This document shows positions 18,327-28,400 of a stretch of 64,000 nt of DNA, piece by piece. Within the stretch, counting starts at the first letter, position 1; each line of letters starts with the position of its first letter. Made by a program: the position numbers and the translations under genes. Source of the stretch: Candidatus Pacearchaeota archaeon. Lineage in GTDB: Archaea; Nanobdellota; Nanobdellia; Pacearchaeales; GW2011-AR1. Under the pieces are notes generated by a model. That model made no database searches, had not been told where the DNA came from, and saw only the letters and a program-made list of their open reading frames with translations. The stretch is taken from NCBI GenBank assembly GCA_038874355.1, contig JAVZCO010000001.1, forward strand, positions 434,159-498,158, given 5' to 3'.

Positions 18327-19511
18327 CTATTTTTTTAATCTTTCTATTAACCCTAAAGGCAAATCATACTTTTGGCCTAATTCTTTTTTAGAAACACTAG
18401 GCAAAATAATTTTTTTATTTTGTTCTATAGCTATCTTAATATATTCTTCATTTAATAGTTTTGGACTATCAAAGTATCCTGATTTTGTACCTTTTTTTAG
18501 TTGATTGAGGTAATTCTCTAAATTAAAGTATTCTCTGCAGTAATTTTGAAGATAATCTTTAAACTCTTTCTCACATTTTTTATATGTTTCTTCTATTCTT
18601 TTTATTTCTTCCTCAAATATGGGATTTAATAAATCTAAAAGCCCATCAGTTTGACTTTCTGATGCTCTAATTCTCGCTAAAACCTTTTTGGTTAAATATC
18701 TGATTTTGTTCCCTGGTCCTTTTGCTGAAGGAAAAATTCCTTGATTGGATGCTTCATTTAATGTTAGAATATGGTCTCCCACATATTGTGCATCCTCTTT
18801 CTGAAGATATGGGAAATTTGAAATTATTTTTTCAGTTATTTTTTTTAATTTTTCAATTTCAAAAACAGAATTATAACCATTGATTACTGCAACTAATCTT
18901 TCTAAGGCCATTCCAGAATCAACTAATTTTCTATTTTGAGGATCAATGTACGCTATATTCCACAACTCCCATTCTGTGGGAATATGTCCAATTTCCATTC
19001 GCTGCCCCTCTAAAGGGCCATCCTTAATCCTCCAAGACAATTTTGTTGGATCAAGTCTTCTAATTTCTATTCCTAACGAAGAATATCTTTTGGCATTTTC
19101 TGAAATCTCTTTTTTGTTATCTGGAACATTTAAAAAAATTTCATTAGGCGGAACCCCAGTCGTAATCAAATAGTCAATCATATAATCTGTGATCTTTGAA
19201 AAATTTGTATTGTTAAAAGAAAAAACTTCTAGCATCTTAAAGTTTGTTAAATGTCTAGGGGAATATCCAACTCTATAATCGTTATCCGTTCTTAGACAAT
19301 TTTGTATTCTTGCTAACTGTTGCATATTGGACTCTTCATTTCCCCTAAATACATTATCATATTTAATTCCCCCACAAATCATAAATAACACGGCCGCACT
19401 TTTATTTTCGGGGAGCAGGTTTTCTGATTTTTCAGTGCAAAAACCTAGTTTAGAAAAATAATCCAAGTATTCTACTTCTACTTCTTTTAATTCTTTAATT
19501 TTTTTATCCAT
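18327..19511 (-). CDS. standalone alanyl-tRNA synthetase catalytic-core paralog (class IIc aaRS N-terminal domain only, 394 aa)
   Basis: Aligns to the AlaRS N-terminus: YLDYFSKLGF (FLDFF.SKGH), SAAVLFMICGGIKYDNVF (LLFTNAGMNQFKDVF), IQNCLRTDNDYRVGYSPRHLTNFKMLEVFSF ([35 protein letters not shown]). Lacks the tRNA-recognition, editing and C-Ala domains. Confidence 0.7.
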   Translation of the reverse strand: MDKKIKELKEVEVEYLDYFSKLGFCTEKSENLLPENKSAAVLFMICGGIKYDNVFRGNEESNMQQLARIQNCLRTDNDYRVGYSPRHLTNFKMLEVFSFNNTNFSKITDYMIDYLITTGVPPNEIFLNVPDNKKEISENAKRYSSLGIEIRRLDPTKLSWRIKDGPLEGQRMEIGHIPTEWELWNIAYIDPQNRKLVDSGMALERLVAVINGYNSVFEIEKLKKITEKIISNFPYLQKEDAQYVGDHILTLNEASNQGIFPSAKGPGNKIRYLTKKVLARIRASESQTDGLLDLLNPIFEEEIKRIEETYKKCEKEFKDYLQNYCREYFNLENYLNQLKKGTKSGYFDSPKLLNEEYIKIAIEQNKKIILPSVSKKELGQKYDLPLGLIERLKK

Positions 19512-19566
19512 TCTATAGTGGTATAATTTAGATATATTTATAAATATTCTTATTTTCTTTTAAAAT

Positions 19567-20646
19567 ATGGGTATTCCAAGATTAAGATATCAGAATGAAA
19601 TGTGGGATGTGAATCTACCCTCAATTTTGGCATATACTTTTAAAAAAGAAGATATAGATCTTTTTATTAGAGGCAACTCAATACCCTTAGATTTTGATAC
19701 TAATTTAACTGAGAGGTGTAACGCTAATTGTAAATATTGTGCAACACAGGGAGGAAAATTGGATGTGAGATTTAATTACGATAATAGTTTACCTAAATTA
19801 ACAGATGAGCATATTTCAGAGATAATTAAACAATTAAATTTGCTTGGAACAAAGACTTTCTTTTTGTGTAGCAATGGAGAACCCTTACTAAACCCAAAGA
19901 GATTTCTAGATATTTTAGATAAAGCGGGCGATAAAGAGATAAATATTATAACATATACCAATGGAATAACATTAAATAAAAATATTTTAAAGGAATTATA
20001 TAAAAGAAAAGTCAATTTAGTAATAAAATTAGAGTCTTTAAATCCAAGAAAAAACGACGAGATTATCTTTGGCAAGAATGAACCAAAAAACAAGTCTTAC
20101 AATTATTATAGTTTTAATAATCAAAAAGTACCTCGGGGGATCATTGAAGCATTTGAAGTTTATGGAAGTGACTCTAATTGTTTAGGTATCGAAACAATTA
20201 TCTTAAAAGACAATATTGATGAAATAATAGACATCCGAAATTGGGTTTATGATTTGGGAAGCAGTCAATTCTTAAAGCATTTATATCCCCTAGGATATGT
20301 AAAAATTAGTAGGGAAGAAGTTATGCCAGATAATAAAAAAGAAAAAGATTTAGTACAAAAAATAATCGCTTTCGATTCTAAGTATGGTTTTATCTATCCT
20401 TCATTTCAAACGCCCGACCACTATTCTTATGATTCAAGAAGATTTATGAATAATTGTGTGAATATTTATGGTTTTCCTTTTAGAATGTTTGCTCATGAAT
20501 TTGGAGGAATCTATCAGTCTTCTCAAATAGTTACAAAGAACTTTGGATTTGGAACAGAAAGAATTATCTCTCTTTTTGACTCTAAAGGTAATATTAATAT
20601 GAAAGAATATTTTAATAAAATTGAAGAACAAATCAAAAATGAATAA
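19567..20646 (+). CDS. radical SAM enzyme
   Basis: CNANCKYC (CxxxCxxC) at about aa 51; SNGEPLLNP glycine-rich SAM motif. Divergent from the AlaRS paralog across a 55-bp spacer. Confidence 0.7.
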   Translation: MGIPRLRYQNEMWDVNLPSILAYTFKKEDIDLFIRGNSIPLDFDTNLTERCNANCKYCATQGGKLDVRFNYDNSLPKLTDEHISEIIKQLNLLGTKTFFLCSNGEPLLNPKRFLDILDKAGDKEINIITYTNGITLNKNILKELYKRKVNLVIKLESLNPRKNDEIIFGKNEPKNKSYNYYSFNNQKVPRGIIEAFEVYGSDSNCLGIETIILKDNIDEIIDIRNWVYDLGSSQFLKHLYPLGYVKISREEVMPDNKKEKDLVQKIIAFDSKYGFIYPSFQTPDHYSYDSRRFMNNCVNIYGFPFRMFAHEFGGIYQSSQIVTKNFGFGTERIISLFDSKGNINMKEYFNKIEEQIKNE

Positions 20647-21433
20647 TCTTTCAAGAATTACATTTGGAACATGGGGATTGCCAGAATGGAAGGATTATTC
20701 ACAAGATTATTGTAAAGAACTATTTGATTTTGCTTATAGAAATGGAATAAAGAGTTTTGATACAGCATTAGTCTATGGTGGTGGAAGGATGGAACATTTT
20801 CTATCTTATCTTCCAAAAGAGTGTTTTATTGCAACCAAAATTCCTGCAAAAAATAAATCAAAAGAAATAATTGATGCCTATGATTCGTTATGGATTAAAA
20901 AATGTATAGATCAATCAAGAAAAAGATTGAAAAGAGATTCTTTAGATTTAGTTCAGCTTCATAATTGGGATTATAATTGGAATAATTATCAAACATTAAT
21001 TGATTTAATGGTAAATTTAAAAGACACTGGATTAGTAAAAAACTGGGGGATCTCCTTACCATTTGAATCTCCGAATAATCACAGCGAAATATTGGACGAA
21101 CCTGTAATAAACTTTTTTCAAGTACATTATAATATCTTACAACAACAAAATAAAGATATTATTAAAAATTTAAAACAAAAAAACAAAAAAGTTCTTCTGC
21201 GATCTGTTTTATTGCACGGATTTTTGATGGGTTCAATCAATCCTCCTTTTTGTAAAAAGTATAATTTAGAAAAACAAAATTTAAAGAAAGAAAGGGATAG
21301 GTTATTTTTAGGTTTAAATAAAAGAGAAATACTAAAATATTGTTTAAATAACGCTTTTTTAGTAGGGGCAGATTCTATCGTTTTAGGCATAACTAAGAAA
21401 GAGCATATAACAAGTTTGGAAGAATATTTATAA
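20621..21433 (+). CDS. aldo/keto reductase family oxidoreductase
   Basis: ITFGTWGL N-terminus typical of AKRs, FDTALVYGGG, and a (beta/alpha)8-like pattern. Overlaps the radical SAM stop by 26 nt, indicating an operon. Confidence 0.65.
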   Translation: MKNKSKMNNLSRITFGTWGLPEWKDYSQDYCKELFDFAYRNGIKSFDTALVYGGGRMEHFLSYLPKECFIATKIPAKNKSKEIIDAYDSLWIKKCIDQSRKRLKRDSLDLVQLHNWDYNWNNYQTLIDLMVNLKDTGLVKNWGISLPFESPNNHSEILDEPVINFFQVHYNILQQQNKDIIKNLKQKNKKVLLRSVLLHGFLMGSINPPFCKKYNLEKQNLKKERDRLFLGLNKREILKYCLNNAFLVGADSIVLGITKKEHITSLEEYL

Positions 21434-21469
21434 TTTCTTTTTGTAAAGAACAAAAAAAGTCCTGCCCTT

Positions 21470-21685
21470 ACGCAACCCCCTTTTTATTGTAAAATCGTGT
21501 CCCGCCACCTCCGATTTCTGACTTCTTGCCATTCTAATCTGCCTCTGTAGGGGTTGCCACCGAAAATTCTCCTGTTGTTGCCTTCGTTAAAATTCACAAA
21601 ACGAAAACAAAAAACCCAATTTGCTTCGCAAACAAAGTCTAACATTGGTTAAGCGGTTTCGCTCGCTACACCCAAAGATTTTTCT
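21470..21685 (+). repeat. 216-bp GC-rich intergenic element, copy 2 (identical to 17371-17586)
   Basis: Perfect direct-repeat copy located 37 nt after the AKR stop codon, and preceded by aaaaagtcctgccc, which is nearly the reverse complement of the gggcaggggcttttt motif that follows copy 1. Confidence 0.85.
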
Positions 21686-21894
21686 TGATAAAATGGGAAA
21701 AATTCAATCCAGACTTCTTTATTAGGATAGAAAAAATATTCTATTTGTAGAGATAAAATCTGGAAATTATGCAAAATATATAAGCAATTTTGAAGCTGAA
21801 TTAAAAGAATAGCGCAGTATATAATTTAAAAAATAATTATCACCCGCCTTTGACTTGAGAACCATCAGCCGTTATTGCTACAGAGAATAAAATT

Positions 21895-21910
21895 CGAAAG
21901 ATTTATAAAT
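21895..21910 (+). promoter_or_regulatory. BRE/TATA promoter motif cGAAAGATTTATAAAt upstream of rpoH
   Basis: The same 15-mer family occurs upstream of the genes at 38968, 36580, 47661, 8039 and 1344. It is purine-rich like a BRE and precedes a TTTATAAA TATA box. Confidence 0.45.
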
Positions 21911-21982
21911 CTTGGTTAGAATTCATTTAGTATTAGTAAGTTGTAAAAGAAATTTTATTAAAATTAATTTACTGCTATAAAT

Positions 21983-22189
21983 ATGCACATCCTCCAACCT
22001 AAACATACAAAAATGAGCAAAAAAGAAGTAGAAGAATTATTAAAAAAATATAATATTTCTTTGTCACAATTACCAAAAATAAAAAAAGAAGATCCAGCTT
22101 TACCAGAAAATTGCGAAGTAGGTGATGTAATAAAAATAGAAAGAAAATCCGGAGATAAAAATACTATTTATTATAGAGTTGTTATTTAA
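21983..22189 (+). CDS. rpoH: DNA-directed RNA polymerase subunit H (Rpb5 homolog)
   Basis: 68 aa; ...SKKEVEELLKKYNIS.SQLPKI...DPA...GDVIKIER.S...TIYYRVV pattern; immediately precedes rpoB. Confidence 0.8.
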   Translation: MHILQPKHTKMSKKEVEELLKKYNISLSQLPKIKKEDPALPENCEVGDVIKIERKSGDKNTIYYRVVI

Positions 22190-22192
22190 AAA

Positions 22193-25100
22193 ATGGAAAA
22201 TATCAAAAAGAATAAACATATTTTAATAGAAAAGTTTATAGAAAGTCATTCTTTAATTGAATCTAATATAAAAAGTTTTGATGATTTTATTGAAAATAGA
22301 TTACAAGAAATAGCGAAAGAAGTAAGTTCATCTTTTATTCCAAGTGAAGAAGGAATAGAAATAAAAATAAATAAAATTAAAGTTGGAAAGCCTAATATAA
22401 AAGAAGCAGATGGCAGTATAAATAATATTACTCCTACTGAAGCGAGATTAAGAAATTTAACTTATTCTTCTCCAATATATGTAGAAATTTCCCTTAAGAG
22501 TGACGGTAAAGAAGAATCTTACGAAGTAGAAATAGGAAGAATACCTATTTTAGTAAAAAGTAAAATTTGTAATACTTATGGAATGAATAAAGAAGAATTA
22601 GAAAAAAATTATCTAGATTCTTTAGATCCTGGAGGATATTTTATTATTAATGGTAATGAAAGAATAATGGTATTAATAGAAGATCTTGCTTCTAATCAGC
22701 CCTTTATAGAAAAAATAAAAGGAAAGTTAGTTCTTAGAATTTTTTCTTCAAGAGGATCTTATAGAATACCAACATCTATATCAGAAAATAATAATGGTAT
22801 AATTGAAGTTTCTTTTTCTAGAATGAATAACATTCCAGCAATAATTTTATTAAAAGCTTTAGGTATGATTAAAGAAGCTGATATAGCAAAATATATAGGA
22901 AAAGAAACAGACAATCTAATTATTAATTTATATGAATTTACAAACATAACAAATTCCGAAGACGCTTTAATTTACTTAGCAGAAAAACTTGATTTACAAG
23001 GAACAAAAAGAGAGGTAGTAGATAGAATAAAACAAAGAATAGACAAATACTTTTTACCACATGTAGGAACAGAAAAAAATGACAGAATAGAAAAAGCAAT
23101 AACTTTATGTAAATTCATAAAACAGTTTTTTATTGCTAAAGAGAATCCGGATGTACAAACAGATAAAGATCATTATGCAAATAAAAGGGTTAGACTTTCA
23201 GGAGATCTATTATCAGATTTATTTAGAGTAAATCTAACTATTTTTTTAAGAGATCTTCAATACTCTTTTTCAAAAATAGCAAAAAGAGGTAAAGTTTATA
23301 GCTTAAAAACAATAGCAAAATCAACATTATTCTCTCATAGAATTGAATCAGCAATAGCCACTGGAAGTTGGATAGGAGAAAGAACAGGTGTAACGCAAAA
23401 TATGGATAAAACAAATTATTTTTCTATTTTGTCTCATTTGCAAAGAGTTTCTTCTTTATTGTCAGGAGAACAAGAAAACTTTATGGCAAGAACTTTACAC
23501 CCAACCCATTATGGAAGATTTTGCCCTATAGAAACACCAGAAGGAAAAGAAATTGGATTAAGAAAAAATCTCGCTTTATTAGCAAAAATATCAACACCAA
23601 TAAACATCGATGAAAAGCAATTTTTAAAAAAATTAAAAGAATGTGGGATGAAAGAAAAAGAAGAAAATTTAGAATATGATATTTTTTGGAATGGAAAATT
23701 TATAGGAAGTGTTAATAATGGATTAGATTTTGTTAAAAAAGTTAGAGAAAGTAGAAGAAAAAATATTTTTCCAGAAGAAATGAGTATTTTTATAGAAGAA
23801 ATAAACAAAATTATAATTATTTCTACAGATGCTGGAAGAGTTTTAAGACCTTTAATAATAGTTGAAGATGGAAAAAGTAAATTGACAGAAGAATATGAAA
23901 AAAGTTTGGAAGAAGGAAAAATTAGTTGGTTAGATTTAATAAAAAATGGGATAATAGAATATTTAGATGCGAGTGAAGAAGAAAATGCTTTAGTTGCATT
24001 AAATAAAGAAGATTTAACACAAGAGCATACACATTTAGAAATAGATCATGTTGCTTGTTTAGGAGTTACAACTTCTCTTGCTCCATATGCAAATCATAAT
24101 CAAGCTTCAAGATTATTAAGAGGAAGTAAAACATTCAAACAGGCTCTTGGAGTTTATTCTTTAAACTATCCTGTTAGAATAGATACAGATGTACATCTTT
24201 TACACTACCCACAAAAACCAATAGTAAAAAGTTTTGTGTATGATAAATTAAAAATATGTCCTGTGGGTCAAAATGTTGTTGTTGCTGTAATGACTTATGA
24301 AGGATATAACATGGAAGATGCAATTATATTAAATAAAGCAAGTGTAAACAGGGGATTAGGAAGAAGTACTTATTTTAGACCATATACTTCTGTTGAATTA
24401 CATTATCCCGGTGGTTTAAAAGATTTTATATGTATTCCTGAAAAAGATGTTGCTGGTTATAGAACAGAAGAATCTTATAAATATTTAGAAGATGATGGTA
24501 TATCTTATATAGAAGCAGAATTAAAAGAAGGTGATGTTGTTATAGGAAAAATATCTCCTCCAAAGTTCTTATCGGAAACAAAAGAAATAACTATAAAAAC
24601 AAGTAAAGAGAATAGTTCAGTTATAAGACAAGAAGAAAAAGGAATAATTGATGGAGTTTTTATTACAATAGATAATGAAGGAGATAAAGTTGTTCATGTA
24701 AGAACAAGAGATCATAAAATTCCAGAATTAGGAGATAAATTTGCAACTCCTCACGGGCAAAAAGGTGTTGTGGGGTTATTATTAAATGAAGAAGATGTTC
24801 CTTTTACAGCGAGGGGAATAAAACCAGATATAATTTTTAATCCGCATGGTTTACCAAGTAGAATGTCTGTTGGATATTTATTAGACTTACTTGCAGGAAA
24901 AGTTGGTTCATTATCTGCTAGATATGTTGATGCAACACCATTCTCTGCAGAAAAACCTGAAGATTTAGAAAACGAATTAAAAAATTTAGGATTTAGATAT
25001 GATGGAAAAGAAACAATGTATGATCCTATTACAGGAAAAATGATGAAGACAAAAATTTATATCGGAGAAATGCATTATCTAAAATTAAAATATATGGTTT

Positions 25101-25462
25101 CTAATAAAATACATTCAAGGGCATTAGGAAAAGTGCAAATGTTAACAAGACAACCTGTAGAAGGAAGAGCGAAGGGAGGAGCGCTAAGATTAGGAGAAAT
25201 GGAACAAGAAGCATTAGTTGCTCATGGAGCATCTTTATTATTAAAAGAAAGATATGACTCTGATAAAGTAATTATTTATATTTGTGATAATTGTGGTGCT
25301 ATAGCAACAAAAGATTATATAAAAAATAAAGTTAATTGCAGATTATGTAATTCTCATGAAATTAGCCCTGTAGAAATATCTTATGCTTTTAAATTATTAT
25401 TAGAAGAATTAAATGCTCTTCATATTTCAACTAAATTTGGTTTAAAAAATAAATTTGAATAA
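22193..25462 (+). CDS. rpoB: DNA-directed RNA polymerase subunit B (unsplit B)
   Basis: 1089 aa with typical Rpb2 motifs (GDKFATPHGQKG, NPHGLPSRMSVGYLLD) and a C-terminal zinc ribbon CDNCG...CRLC. Confidence 0.9.
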   Translation: MENIKKNKHILIEKFIESHSLIESNIKSFDDFIENRLQEIAKEVSSSFIPSEEGIEIKINKIKVGKPNIKEADGSINNITPTEARLRNLTYSSPIYVEISLKSDGKEESYEVEIGRIPILVKSKICNTYGMNKEELEKNYLDSLDPGGYFIINGNERIMVLIEDLASNQPFIEKIKGKLVLRIFSSRGSYRIPTSISENNNGIIEVSFSRMNNIPAIILLKALGMIKEADIAKYIGKETDNLIINLYEFTNITNSEDALIYLAEKLDLQGTKREVVDRIKQRIDKYFLPHVGTEKNDRIEKAITLCKFIKQFFIAKENPDVQTDKDHYANKRVRLSGDLLSDLFRVNLTIFLRDLQYSFSKIAKRGKVYSLKTIAKSTLFSHRIESAIATGSWIGERTGVTQNMDKTNYFSILSHLQRVSSLLSGEQENFMARTLHPTHYGRFCPIETPEGKEIGLRKNLALLAKISTPINIDEKQFLKKLKECGMKEKEENLEYDIFWNGKFIGSVNNGLDFVKKVRESRRKNIFPEEMSIFIEEINKIIIISTDAGRVLRPLIIVEDGKSKLTEEYEKSLEEGKISWLDLIKNGIIEYLDASEEENALVALNKEDLTQEHTHLEIDHVACLGVTTSLAPYANHNQASRLLRGSKTFKQALGVYSLNYPVRIDTDVHLLHYPQKPIVKSFVYDKLKICPVGQNVVVAVMTYEGYNMEDAIILNKASVNRGLGRSTYFRPYTSVELHYPGGLKDFICIPEKDVAGYRTEESYKYLEDDGISYIEAELKEGDVVIGKISPPKFLSETKEITIKTSKENSSVIRQEEKGIIDGVFITIDNEGDKVVHVRTRDHKIPELGDKFATPHGQKGVVGLLLNEEDVPFTARGIKPDIIFNPHGLPSRMSVGYLLDLLAGKVGSLSARYVDATPFSAEKPEDLENELKNLGFRYDGKETMYDPITGKMMKTKIYIGEMHYLKLKYMVSNKIHSRALGKVQMLTRQPVEGRAKGGALRLGEMEQEALVAHGASLLLKERYDSDKVIIYICDNCGAIATKDYIKNKVNCRLCNSHEISPVEISYAFKLLLEELNALHISTKFGLKNKFE

Positions 25463-25467
25463 ATAAA

Positions 25468-28400
25468 ATGGATACTCCAATAATAAAACAAATAAAGAAT
25501 ATCCAATTTAAACTTTTAAGTCCAGAAGAAATAAAAAAAATAGCAGCGGCAAAAATAATTACTCCAGAACTTTATGACGTAGATGGTTATCCTGTAGACG
25601 GAGGTTTAATGGATCTAAGATTAGGTGCGATAGATCCTGGAGTTAGATGTAGAACCTGTGGAGGAACTTTAAAAGAGTGTTTAGGACATCCTGGATATAT
25701 AGAATTAGCAAGACCTGTTATTCATATAGACTATATTCAAATAATAGAAATAATATTAAAATCTTATTGTAGTTTTTGCGGAAAATTTCTATTGAAGGAA
25801 GAAGATATAAAAAAACATTCTTTAGCAGATAGAATAAAAAAAGCAAAAAATGTTAAAAAATGCCCATATTGCCAAACAGAAAAAGAAAAAATAAAATTAG
25901 AAAAGCCAACTACTTTTATGTTAGGAAAAAAGAGAATTTTTCCTAATGAGATAAGGGAGATTTTAGAAAAAATACCAGATGAAGAATTGAAATATGTAGG
26001 AATAAATCCTAATGTATTTAGACCAGAATGGGCAGTATTGACTTTATTGTTAATTCCACCAGTAACTGTAAGGCCAAGTATAACATTAGAAACAGGGGAA
26101 AGAAGCGAAGATGATCTTACTCATAAAATATCTGATATAATAAGAGCAAATCAAAGGTTGTGGGAAAATTTGAATGCAGGAGCCCCAGAAGTTATTATTG
26201 AAGATTTATGGGATTTACTTCAATATCATGTTACAACATTTTTTAATAATAATATAGCCGGAATTCCTCCAGCAAGGCATAGATCTGGCCAACCATTAAA
26301 AACAATTGAAGAAAGAATAAAAGGAAAAGAAGGAAGAATAAGGCATAATCTTACAGGAAAAAGAGTTAATTTTTCTAGTAGAAGTGTCATAAGCCCAGAT
26401 CCTTTTTTAAAGATAAATGAAATAGGTATTCCTCATGAAGTAGCAGAAATAGTAACTGTACCAGAAATGGTAAATTCTCTAAATATTAATAGATTAAAAG
26501 AAATAATAAAAAATGATTCTTATCCCTCTGCAAATTATGTAATAAGACCTGATGGAAAAAGAAAAAAAATTACTAAAGAATTAAAAGAAGAAATATTAGA
26601 AGAACTTAAAGAAGGTTATATTGTAGAAAGACATTTACAAGATGGAGATATAGTTTTATTCAATAGACAGCCTTCTCTTCACAGACCAAGTATAATGGCA
26701 CATATTGTTAGAGTACTTCCTTACAAGACTTTTAGATTACACCCAGCGGTTTGTCATCCATATAATGCAGATTTTGATGGAGATGAAATGAATGTACATT
26801 CTCCTCAAACAGAAGAAGCAAAAGCAGAAGCAAAAATTCTTTTGGAAGTAAGTAAAAATTTAATTTCCCCCAAAAATAATGTAAATTTATTTGGATGCGC
26901 ACAAGATTCTATAACAGGAAATTATTTACTCACTTCAGAAGATGAAATAGAAAGAGATGTTGCAATGCAATTATTATATAAATCTAATAAAGAAGAAAAA
27001 ATATCTAAAAAAAATTTAAGTGGTAAAGAGATATTTTCTAAAATATTACCTAAAATAAATTTCGAAACAAAAACAAAATCTTGTTTAGGAGATTCTTGTC
27101 CTTATTATGATAAATGTAAGAAACAAAATTGTCCTTATAATTCCTATTTAAAAATAGAGAATGGTAATTTAATAAGTGGTTTAATAGATAAAAATACTTT
27201 TGGATTAGAAGACGGAACATTAATAAAAATTTTGGATAAAGAAGTTGGAAGAGAAGAAACTATAAAAACAATAGAAAAAATCTTTAGATTAGGAACTGGT
27301 TATTTAATGAAGAAGGGCTTTTCTATAGGAATAGAAGATTTAAAAATAAATGAAGAAATTGAAAAAGCAAATTTGTCTGTAATAAAAGAAGCAGAAGAAA
27401 AAGTAAATAAATATATAGAAGATTATTATAATGATACAATTGAATTAATTCCTGGAAAAACAAAAGAGGAATCAAGAGAAATAAAAATTATACAAGCTTT
27501 AAATGAAGTAAGAACAAGAATAGGAAAAGTTGTCAAAGAAAAATTTGATAAAAACTCACCTGTAAATATTATGATTCTTTCAGGAGCTGGTGGTAATATA
27601 CTCAATATTGTTCAAGTTGGATGTGTTATAGGCCAACAATCTTTATGGGCAAAAAGAATTGAAATAGGTTACACTAACAGAACACTATCTTTTTTTAAGA
27701 AAAATGATTTATCACCTAAAGCAAGAGGTTTTATTTATTCAAATTATAAAAAAGGATTAACACCTATAGAATTTTTCTTCGGAGCTATGACAGGAAGAGA
27801 TTCTTTAATGGACACTGCATTAAGAACTCCAAAATCCGGATATCTTTATAGAAGATTAGCAAATTCTCTACAAGATTTTAAAATAGCATATGATTTGACT
27901 GTAAGAGACGCTTCTGATAATATTGTTCAATTTGAATATGGTGAAGACGGAAAAGACGTATCTCTTCTACACTTAAATAAAAAAATTTCACCCGGAGAAG
28001 CTATTGGTTTAGTTACAGCACAATCTTTTGGGGAACCATCAACACAAATGGCATTAAACGTATTTCACTTTGCTGGTGTTCAGGAAATGCAGATAACAAC
28101 AGGTTTACCAAGATTAATAGAAATAATTGATGCTAGAAAGTTACCGTCAACACCTCAAATGGAAATTTATTTAGAAAATGAATTTAATAATGAAAAAGAT
28201 GCAAGAGTAATTGCAGAAAAAATAAAAGAAGTCAAATTAAAAGAAATAGCAAAAGAGATAAAGATTAATTTTTCCGATAAAAAAATAGAAATTCATTTAG
28301 ACAAAGAAAAAATAAAAAGCATACATTCTTCTATAGAAAAAATAATAGAAAGAATTAACGAAAAAGGATTTAAAGTTAAATTAAAAGAAGAAGTTATATA

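Noticed and set aside
17371-21685. The 216-bp repeats as a CRISPR array or a MITE
   Set aside because: There are only two copies, far too long for CRISPR repeats and separated by 3.9 kb of genes. No terminal inverted repeats or target-site duplications are visible, so the MITE idea was dropped. A transposase-less ncRNA or recombination repeat is more consistent.
21690-21980. A duplicated tRNA-Lys 3' fragment (att site) marking the right island boundary
   Set aside because: I searched the 290 bp between repeat copy 2 and rpoH for the tRNA T-arm and acceptor words (ggttcaaatcccc, cggggcca) and found none. The right boundary therefore rests on composition and the repeat only; no integrase gene is present in the window.
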